64,000 nt of DNA from a virus (taxonomy: Duplodnaviria; Heunggongvirae; Uroviricota; Caudoviricetes): IMG/VR virus record IMGVR_UViG_3300028840_006985. One strand, given 5' to 3'. Shown one piece after another: positions 19,399 through 27,141 of the stretch. The notes under the pieces are model-generated. The model was not told where the DNA came from, made no database searches, and was given only the letters and a program-made list of their open reading frames with translations. How positions within the stretch are numbered: the stretch's first letter is position 1; every line of letters begins with the position of its first letter. The position numbers and the translations under genes are program-made.

Positions 19399-19794
19399 TT
19401 AAGTTAATTCGGCAATTTTTCGATCAAGTTCTTCCAGTGACATTTCACGATCTTTTTCACGTCTTTTTTCGTCTTTTAACGCCAATAGTTCTTCTCGACG
19501 AGATTTGCGCGCCATTTCATTCTCATTTTCTTTAATTTCTTTTAGTTTAACATCTATAACATGTTTAACTATATCCAACTTGAGTTGTAATATTGCTGTT
19601 TCAGGATTAACTTTATGCACAAAAGATTCGGTTGCGCATTCTTTTAATTGTGCATTTATTGTTATAGCAATCATATCTAGATTAGGTCTAGTGTTACTGG
19701 TTAATGGCAAATCCCACAAGTCTTCAACGCTTGCCATTCCAACAGGCGTATTAAATCTTAATTTAATGCGCGCCGCTTTTTCAAATAAATTCAT
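19399..19794 (-). CDS. conserved phage protein (NLFEKA.R.KLRF...VEDLWDLPL family)
   Basis: Motif recalled from large phages, usually next to a 21175-like gene. Confidence 0.7.
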   Translation of the reverse strand: MNLFEKAARIKLRFNTPVGMASVEDLWDLPLTSNTRPNLDMIAITINAQLKECATESFVHKVNPETAILQLKLDIVKHVIDVKLKEIKENENEMARKSRREELLALKDEKRREKDREMSLEELDRKIAELT

Positions 19795-19854
19795 TTTAAT
19801 AACTCCTTTTTTGCTAATTTTACTTGTTGATGTTTGGTTTTTTAATATACCTTA

Positions 19855-21123
19855 CTAAGTAATATTGTTTATTATTGCTTTTCTAATATCATCGTCATCC
19901 TCACTTAATTTTTCTAGGGTTTCTGTTGGACAATTGGGATTTTCTGCTACCGCTAGTTTAATATACCAGCAATTGTTTTTACTTAATTCTTTTAGTGTCT
20001 CTATTGGACAGTTAGGATTTTTTGCTACTGCCCATTTAATATCATTATGATTTTCTTTACTTAATTCTTTTAGTGTCTCTATTGGACAGTTAGGACTTTC
20101 TGCTACTGCTTTTCTAATACCCCAATTGTCATACTTACTTAATTTTTCTAGGGTTTCTGTTGGACAGTTGAGATTATTTATTACTTCACATCTAACATCA
20201 CTATCATCATCCTTGCTTAACTTTTCCAGGGTTTCTGTTGGACAATTGGGATTGCTTACTACTGCTCTTCTGACACTCCAATAATCATCCATACTTAATT
20301 TTTTTAATATTTCAACTGAACAATTAGAATTTAATACTACTTCCCTCCTAACATCCCAATCATTATCATTACTTAATTTGTCCAATATATTTACTAAGCA
20401 ATTAGGATTTTTTGCTACTGCCCATCTAACATTCCAACTATCGTCTTTGCTTAGCTTTTCCAGGGTTTCTGTTGGACAATTGGAATTTTTTGCTACTGCT
20501 TTTTTAACATTCCAATTATTATCTTTACTTAGTTCTTTTAATATATCCACTGAACAGTTAGGATTCTTTGCTACCGCTTCTTTAATATTATAATTACTAT
20601 CTTCGCTTAATTTTTTTAACACATTTATTGGACAGTTAGAATTATTTACTATTGCCCATTTAGTATACCAATTATCATCCTTGCATAATTTGTCTAATAT
20701 TTCAACTGGACAGTTAGGATTTCTTACTACTATCTCTTTAATATTATTATCTTCACTTAATTTTTTTAATGTATTGATTGAACAGTTAGGATTTGCTGCT
20801 ACTGCTCTCCTAACATCATTATTACTATCTTCACTTAATTTTTCTAATACTTCAGCAATATTTAATTCTTCTTTGATGTGTATTTCTGAGCAGACAATCT
20901 TGTCTTTCCCCTCTTTTATTTTTCCATCTCCCTTCACCTTGCAACAATGATGTGCCTCCTCTTTATAATATTCAAATGCATCACTTAATTTTTTAGAAAA
21001 ATGAAAACCTGATTGACAAAGTATTACTGGACCATCATGTTTATATTGTTCTCCTACCTTGAATTGAAAATCACCGTACTTTGCTTTGTAATCTTTTAAA
21101 AAAAACTTATATCCTTCTATCAT
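19855..21123 (-). CDS. DUF7666-like N-domain plus LRV repeat protein, copy B
   Basis: N-terminus nearly identical in DNA to copy A; 12 NPNC-type repeats. Confidence 0.8.
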   Translation of the reverse strand: MIEGYKFFLKDYKAKYGDFQFKVGEQYKHDGPVILCQSGFHFSKKLSDAFEYYKEEAHHCCKVKGDGKIKEGKDKIVCSEIHIKEELNIAEVLEKLSEDSNNDVRRAVAANPNCSINTLKKLSEDNNIKEIVVRNPNCPVEILDKLCKDDNWYTKWAIVNNSNCPINVLKKLSEDSNYNIKEAVAKNPNCSVDILKELSKDNNWNVKKAVAKNSNCPTETLEKLSKDDSWNVRWAVAKNPNCLVNILDKLSNDNDWDVRREVVLNSNCSVEILKKLSMDDYWSVRRAVVSNPNCPTETLEKLSKDDDSDVRCEVINNLNCPTETLEKLSKYDNWGIRKAVAESPNCPIETLKELSKENHNDIKWAVAKNPNCPIETLKELSKNNCWYIKLAVAENPNCPTETLEKLSEDDDDIRKAIINNIT

Positions 21124-21174
21124 TGCTTTTCTTCCTTGATTTTTTAATATTACAGTATAATTAAATTTTATTTT

Positions 21175-23247
21175 TTAAAATATAATCTTTAAAGTTCTAT
21201 TTATATCTTCAGATATTTTAACAATAACTGAATTACGTTTGGTAGATGAAAAGCCTAATCCACTTATTTGGTTTGTATTTTTTTCGCATTTCATCTTTTC
21301 GCCTAGTACTTCGAATACTTTCCTATGTATATTTAGTTCATTTTTGATAAATTCATTATAGAATCCACGAGCCTTATCTTCATTTTTACAACCATCTATC
21401 ATGAAAAAGTAGTGTCGATTACCGACACCTATATTATTCCAATGATTAGGTGAATACATGATAGCATTGACCTTGTGAAATTTTTCTGTTTTTATGCCCC
21501 AAATTTCTTTGGAGGTTTTATCATGAGGCAATGATTCTATAATTTTTAATCCATTTTCTCGTGAATATAAAATATTTGCGACTGTTACTTCATGGCCGTC
21601 TGCTAGATTTTTATCAAAAGAAAATTTATAAATTATTCCATCGAATTCTATTTCTGCTCGAAAGCCAGATCTTCCACCCCGATGTGTATAGTTATGTACA
21701 AAAAATCTATATTTACCTTCTGGCATTTTAGCAGGATTTGTATATGTTATATTTTCTACTGCAACATTTTTGATAGGTTCAACAATATCAACATCTAAAT
21801 GTCCAGATGACGGATGCTTTAAACCTTTGTTAGGATAATAAATATGATTACTATTCGGTTCGAACACATGGGCGTCAAAATCATTATGATTATCGCCATC
21901 CTCATTCCACTGAATAGAAAATCTTAGATAAGCGTCAATATTTCCACCTGCTGATTTAACTCTTCTCTTCATTAAAGAGTCAGTAATATTTCCATTATAA
22001 GTCCAGCTGAAGTTATTATTCCATTTAAAGAGTAAGGGGGCATCAATGTGTACAGGAGCAATTAGCGATACTAGATTGTTTTCATGATTGTTGGTAAATT
22101 GTATTTTAATACTGTTACATTTTGGTACTATTTTACTAATAAATTCCTCAATAGAAACTTCTTCTATACCGTCAAACTGTTTAGGATTTTCTTTAACTTC
22201 ATTGCTTAATATTTTCACTAAATTATCTTGCATTAATTCAGACGCAGATCTATCAGCAAAAATAACATTATTTATACTAACATCCTCTAGTTGAGCATAA
22301 CGACGTTCTAACGAATCTCGTAAGCCTAGTTCATCAATTTTTAAGATAGCTTTCTCTATCATATGTTTCGTAATAGGAGCCGAGGTTCTTTTGTAATTTT
22401 CAGGAGCAACCTTCTTTTCGTAGGAGTTAACGGCGTTATTTAGCTCTATACCATTTGATAAATCTAAAAGCAATGTACCAATTGCGGTTCCTCGAATTTT
22501 AGCAGCCCAACTTTTATAGTTAAGCCAAGTATAATATTCTTTTTTTTCATTTTTGAGATTTGAATATATTTCTTTATGTGAGCGAAACTCTTCAATCATT
22601 GATCGAAATTCTTCTCCACGATAAATGGAATTACTATCAATAAGATCTAAAACCAATTCAATAGCAACTATGTTAATTTCTTCAAGTCCGCGTTCAAATA
22701 CTCCTTGCGCAGATGAGGCATCTCCAATTAAGGTTCCTTTATTTGAGGATAAAAATCTGTCAGGAACTATACAATTAAAATGATGCCATGTAATATGATC
22801 AATATTTGGTGGATCTTTAGAATGATCATGGCCCGATCTAAGCACAGTCAGATCTTCAATATTAGATTCTACACTTATGTAAGCATCTTCAGGATCTATT
22901 AGAAAAATTTGATCAATTTTACATTTCTTGATCAGAGTATCCATCTTTTTAGCAACAATTTGATACTTTATGTCTAGAGGTCCCTCTAAATGATCGATAT
23001 TCCAAACAGTTATCAATTCATTGTTTACGATTTTAACAACACGTCCTATTCTAAAAATGAATTTATTGCAATTATCACAATCATATTTTTGTCTTTCGCG
23101 AAAGATTTTATTAGTGCCTGGCGGAAATGCTTCTTGATAAGACTGAAAAAGTTCATCTTTATTAATATCTACTATGAATAATGGACCTTCTTCCGCCATT
23201 GAATAAAATTGTTTTCTTACTTTATTTGCAAAATTTTTAAAACTCAT
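21175..23247 (-). CDS. conserved large phage protein with YfaP/DUF2135-like domain
   Basis: LRFSIQWN...DFDAH..EP, HLDVDI...AVENI, YSPNHW....GNRHYFF. Confidence 0.7.
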   Translation of the reverse strand: MSFKNFANKVRKQFYSMAEEGPLFIVDINKDELFQSYQEAFPPGTNKIFRERQKYDCDNCNKFIFRIGRVVKIVNNELITVWNIDHLEGPLDIKYQIVAKKMDTLIKKCKIDQIFLIDPEDAYISVESNIEDLTVLRSGHDHSKDPPNIDHITWHHFNCIVPDRFLSSNKGTLIGDASSAQGVFERGLEEINIVAIELVLDLIDSNSIYRGEEFRSMIEEFRSHKEIYSNLKNEKKEYYTWLNYKSWAAKIRGTAIGTLLLDLSNGIELNNAVNSYEKKVAPENYKRTSAPITKHMIEKAILKIDELGLRDSLERRYAQLEDVSINNVIFADRSASELMQDNLVKILSNEVKENPKQFDGIEEVSIEEFISKIVPKCNSIKIQFTNNHENNLVSLIAPVHIDAPLLFKWNNNFSWTYNGNITDSLMKRRVKSAGGNIDAYLRFSIQWNEDGDNHNDFDAHVFEPNSNHIYYPNKGLKHPSSGHLDVDIVEPIKNVAVENITYTNPAKMPEGKYRFFVHNYTHRGGRSGFRAEIEFDGIIYKFSFDKNLADGHEVTVANILYSRENGLKIIESLPHDKTSKEIWGIKTEKFHKVNAIMYSPNHWNNIGVGNRHYFFMIDGCKNEDKARGFYNEFIKNELNIHRKVFEVLGEKMKCEKNTNQISGLGFSSTKRNSVIVKISEDINRTLKIIF

Positions 23248-23285
23248 TTTTTGTTCTCGTTTTTTTAACTAGTCATCAACAATGA

Positions 23286-23338
23286 ACAATGAAACACCTC
23301 TTAAGATATGTCAATTAAAAAGTGCTATCTTAAAGATA
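23286..23338 (-). promoter_or_regulatory. leftward promoter TTGACA-17-CATTGT with upstream palindrome TATCTTAAAGATA
   Basis: Read directly; homologous to 25620..25671. Confidence 0.6.
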
Positions 23339-23451
23339 TTTATTGATATTCTGAAAATAGTAATTTTATTTTTTTAATCTTAAAGCCTTGACTTTTTATA
23401 TTTTTCATGTAATTGTTCTAACAAAATGTTTTACTCTTAGTTTATAAGTGA

Positions 23452-23715
23452 TTGATTTTTATATTAACTAGATTAGACGATGGAGAGATTTTGAATTGCG
23501 TTAAGTACGAAAAAAAATTAGGTATAAATATAGGCAGGAACAGAAAAGGTTATGAAAATTTTGCGGGCAAACGAAAGGTGCGTCTTAACGTATGGATGGA
23601 AAGATCTCGATATGTTGAACTTAAAGAATTAGCACATTATGAAGATAAAACAGTTAGTGATATTGTTAGGGAATTAATTGATAAATTGTTACTTGTAGAC
23701 ACTATAGAAGATTAA
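23452..23715 (+). CDS. ribbon-helix-helix (CopG-like) DNA-binding protein
   Basis: RLNVWM....ELKELA....TVSDIVRELID; TTG start uncertain. Confidence 0.6.
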   Translation: MIFILTRLDDGEILNCVKYEKKLGINIGRNRKGYENFAGKRKVRLNVWMERSRYVELKELAHYEDKTVSDIVRELIDKLLLVDTIED

Positions 23716-23729
23716 AAGAAGGTGATTAG

Positions 23730-24509
23730 ATGGATGATCCAAAAAGTTCTAAAGGATATTTTGAATTGCCGGGAGGCGTTTTGTATGAGCAAAACGGCTC
23801 TACTTTTCCTCTAAAAAATGTATATATGAGAGAAATGACGGGGGAAGAAGAGGATCTTTTAATGAATAGGAAAATTAGCTATGAAGATCGAATGATTTTT
23901 TTAATTGCTAATTGTATTACTAGCATTGACGATGGAGATCAGATTTCGGTAACGGACAAAAGTCAAATACTTAAATTAGTTAAAGATATGATGATAGTGG
24001 ATTTGAGTTATAGCATTTTGGGTGCGCGAAAGGTTAGTATTGGCAATCAGTATTCTTTCAAAGTAACTTGTCCTGAGAATGAATGTAAAAAAAGTTTTTT
24101 TCAAACATATGATTTGGACAATGTACCGATAATCAAGCCTATTGAGCCTGAAAACATCATTTGGGATGTTGATCTACCCGGATCGGGTAGTACGGTTAAA
24201 ATGAAGGTAATGCAAGCTAAAGATCAAAAAAAGGCACGGCAATTGCTTAATGCTGGTGATCAAAGTCTTATGACAACTGCTTTAATGACGAGAGTGATTG
24301 AAATAGATGGAAAACCACCTACTCAAGCAGATTTAAAAAAATTACCATTAAAGGACCGGAATAAAATAAGAAATTCGTATCAGATAAAAGAGGGCAAAAT
24401 TGAGACTGATATAGATGTTGTTTGTAACGCTTGTGATCATAGATTTACTGTTAGTATAGAGCCACAGGGTATTGATTTTTTCTTCCCTTCGGAGACCCAG
24501 GAGTTTTAG
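23730..24509 (+). CDS. tail/baseplate assembly chaperone (T4 gp26-like)
   Basis: REMTGEEEDLL, CPENEC..CNAC zinc pair, LPGSG..V.MK, LPLKDRN.IR. Confidence 0.75.
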   Translation: MDDPKSSKGYFELPGGVLYEQNGSTFPLKNVYMREMTGEEEDLLMNRKISYEDRMIFLIANCITSIDDGDQISVTDKSQILKLVKDMMIVDLSYSILGARKVSIGNQYSFKVTCPENECKKSFFQTYDLDNVPIIKPIEPENIIWDVDLPGSGSTVKMKVMQAKDQKKARQLLNAGDQSLMTTALMTRVIEIDGKPPTQADLKKLPLKDRNKIRNSYQIKEGKIETDIDVVCNACDHRFTVSIEPQGIDFFFPSETQEF

Positions 24510-24652
24510 AGGATCAGGTATTTTATTTAATGGAAATGATGAAAATGCCTTATTCTGAAGTAATGAAAATGCCAAGCTCGAGACGGGTACGATTTATTGA
24601 AAAAAAAGACAAACTAGAGAGAGAACGACAAGAGCAACTAAAAAGGAAATAA
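24476..24652 (+). CDS. -1-frame extension, T4 gp51-like (LEDQVFYLMEMMKMPYSEVMKMPSSRRVRFIE)
   Basis: Frame open from the T6C run at 24476 to TAA 24650-52; motif begins upstream of the first ATG (24530). Confidence 0.65.
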   Translation, partial: FFLPFGDPGVLEDQVFYLMEMMKMPYSEVMKMPSSRRVRFIEKKDKLERERQEQLKRK

Positions 24653-24743
24653 AAAATGAATATATTTAGAAATATTCCAAAAAAAAGATGGACACTTCAG
24701 CCAGTAAGACTGTGTAAGAGAGGGTGTATATTCTGACAGTTTT

Positions 24744-24968
24744 TTAATATTTTGTCAAAAAAAAGATAATTTCTTTTTCTTTTTTTGAATTATCGTTTCG
24801 CATGACAAGAGTATAATTTTCTTTTTGATAATCTACAATAAAATTTAATAAATTTACTGCCTTTCTAAATACTTCTGTTTTTGATTCAGCATTTATGTCT
24901 TTTTTTATTCTTTCCAATTGGGCATGTTCGTTAGGTGTTAAATCTATAGTAAAACGACGTTTAGTCAT
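24744..24968 (-). CDS. ribbon-helix-helix DNA-binding protein
   Basis: RFTIDL....LERIK....SKTEVFRKAVNLL; GGAG RBS. Confidence 0.65.
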   Translation of the reverse strand: MTKRRFTIDLTPNEHAQLERIKKDINAESKTEVFRKAVNLLNFIVDYQKENYTLVMRNDNSKKEKEIIFFLTKY

Positions 24969-24996
24969 TTTAATTTACTCCTTTTATTTAATAGTA

Positions 24997-25180
24997 TTAA
25001 TTTGATTTGATAAATTCATCTAAAGCATTTCTAAGTTTTTCTGCTTGCTTAATAGTTAAATGAATACTTTCTTCTCTTTTTTTTAGTAAAAATCCAACAA
25101 CAATATTCATCAGTTGCTGAAGATTCTTGGACTTTAATTATATTTCCATATTGGTCTTTGAATTCATGTCTTTGTTTAAA
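24997..25180 (-). pseudogene. degraded small phage gene (FKDQYG...VQESSA..CCWI...IHLT..QA family)
   Basis: No in-frame start; 8-A run on minus strand (25077..25084) shifts the frame between the two halves. Confidence 0.5.
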
Positions 25181-25439
25181 TCAGTGGAAAAGGACCAGTA
25201 TATTCAGCAATAAAAATTATATGTCGTCGATTAATAATTATTTTTTGCAATGGAGCAAAGGGATTAATTTCTATAAATTCTCCATTAAGTAAGGTTTTAG
25301 TAATATTTCCAGAGTCGAGAATTAATACAGCTTGTGAAATTATCAATGAATGGTTCTGAACGGCTATAAGATTACCAACAAAATCGTATTCATTAGTGCA
25401 AATAAAATATTGACGATTACAAATAAATGTTTCTTTCAT
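25176..25439 (-). CDS. small conserved phage protein (DUF6948/Sm-like?)
   Basis: YFIC...FVG.L......I..AVLILDSG...L..GEF.EI.P; AAGGAG RBS. Confidence 0.55.
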   Translation of the reverse strand: MKETFICNRQYFICTNEYDFVGNLIAVQNHSLIISQAVLILDSGNITKTLLNGEFIEINPFAPLQKIIINRRHIIFIAEYTGPFPLI

Positions 25440-25619
25440 AGTAAAACTCCTTTATTTGTTATGGGAAAAATACGGTTTGTAGCTGGGTTAGCTAGGTCCC
25501 AAACCGTTTAAGGACCACCGGAGAAAAAATTCCTTGGTGGAGAGTGTAAAAAAAGTACCAAGGTAAGCACTGCACCCAGCTCTAACAGTGCTTTTTTTGT
25601 TAACCAATCTGCTGATTAA

Positions 25620-25671
25620 ACTATGATACACCTTTTCTTACATGTCAAATAATAGTTCTATCTTTAAGATA
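25620..25671 (-). promoter_or_regulatory. leftward promoter TTGACA-17-CATAGT with upstream palindrome TATCTTTAAGATA
   Basis: Read directly; homologous to 23286..23338. Confidence 0.6.
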
Positions 25672-25970
25672 TATTTAAAGTATTTTATATAGAAATATAA
25701 CTGTATTAGTGTTTTTGTATAATATTTTTTAATATCTTTTATATGGCAAGTATCAACTGAAAGATGGTTGTTAATATTCTAAAGATATTAATAATTGTAA
25801 ATTATGCAAAAAGAGTAAAAATCATATAGTAAAAAAGTGAACAATATCATATTTTTATAATTGGTTGAGTGGGAAAACAAATAATATCATACCTTTACAA
25901 CATATGGATCAATAAAACAAATAACCAAACAGTGATTTTAGACAATTAAGGGCATAGGTAGATATTTGGT

Positions 25971-26210
25971 TCAAATATTTGTAGCGTATCTTACATAAAA
26001 TAGTTCAAATAAAGTTTAGTCCACTTACTTAGTCCACTATAAAAAATAAATAATATCATAAAGTTTTTCATTTTTATCACCGATTAGGTGATTTATCCAT
26101 AATAAGAATGCAAATAGCTATTTTATATAAATATTTTGTAGCATATCTTACATAAAATAGTTTAAATAAAGTTTGGTCCACCACTTAGTCCACCTATAAA
26201 AGATAAATTA
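25971..26210. repeat. ~80-bp imperfect direct repeat pair with (T)AGTCCAC iteron-like units
   Basis: 25971..26050 vs ~26127..26210 share TATCTTACATAAAATAGTT and paired GTCCAC. Confidence 0.8.
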
Positions 26211-26258
26211 TATTCTATATTTCTGGATAGTAAACTATTTTTATTAAAAACAGTATTT

Positions 26259-26537
26259 AATGATTTCATATATTTAATCATTGTTTTTTAAAAAAACATT
26301 GTTAAGTGTATATAATTATTCAATAAGTTTTTTCGACTTTTTGTCAAATGACATAATTGTGACAATTTTATAAATATGTGAAATTGTTGAATATATTTTA
26401 CTTAATCAGTAAAGATAGTTGACCAAAAGTCGAAAAAACTTATTTAATGATTTTATATATTTAACATTTGTTGTTTTAAAAAACATTGTTAAGTGTATAT
26501 AATTATTCAATAAGTTTTTTCGACTTTTTGTCAATTG
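26259..26537. repeat. ~90-bp direct repeat pair plus inverted copy of AATAAGTTTTTTCGACTTTTTGTCAA
   Basis: 26259..26350 vs 26446..26537; inverted TTGACCAAAAGTCGAAAAAACTTATT at ~26419..26444. Confidence 0.85.
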
Positions 26538-27141
26538 TATTTACTAATTTATTCCCATGTAAGTATGTGTAAGTATATAAATAATTTTAATTAGTTATAA
26601 AATTGGCACAAAACTTGCTCTTATAATTATTTTTATATATTAATATATATTAATATTATTTTTTTTTTTTTTTTTTAATTTATTGTGTTTCGCTCACTTC
26701 GTTCGCGAAAACCCTATTCTTGACCGTTGATTTGAATTTGAGGGGAATCGCAACTCTAGACAAGGGAAGGAAGAGAAGAACCTACATGTAGGTAATATAT
26801 AGGATATGATAGCCTGGGGATAGAGATCCGGAAAAAACACTCTCGCAAAATTGTATGTTAGATTACAAAAAATATATAGCAGTAATCAGAAGTGTTTAAT
26901 TGGGTTTTTTAGGCTTTGAGAGGGTGAAAACATAGTTTTGTACCAGAAAAGGGGGTTGCGTCGATTCTGGGCAGGCTGAGAGGTATTGACGGGCCATCTT
27001 CTCAGTTCTGCCATAGTGGATTTCAGGATGGCTGAGGACCTGGAAGTTAGTTTCTGAATGAAATACTTGATTTTGTTGAGAAAACATGGGATTATTGTAA
27101 TAATATGTGCCGTGTTTTAACTTAACCGATAGGAAAGATTC

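Larger units (their letters stand above)
25680..26720. other. putative replication origin region
   Basis: ORF-free, iterated repeats, AT-only tract with T18 at 26659..26676, hairpin TTTCGC...GCGAAA. Confidence 0.5.

Noticed and set aside
7350-21123. Diversity-generating retroelement acting on LRV repeats or fibre C-termini
   Set aside because: No reverse transcriptase in the window; differences between repeat units are not confined to adenines; no TR/VR pair seen for the fibres
26093-26101. DnaA box (TTATCCATA)
   Set aside because: Single one-mismatch copy in very AT-rich DNA; expected by chance
25971-26537. CRISPR array
   Set aside because: Only two copies of each long repeat, no 25-40-bp repeat/unique-spacer periodicity, no cas genes
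26896-27087. 63-aa minus-strand ORF
   Set aside because: No motif or RBS; the region is better explained as structured non-coding sequence
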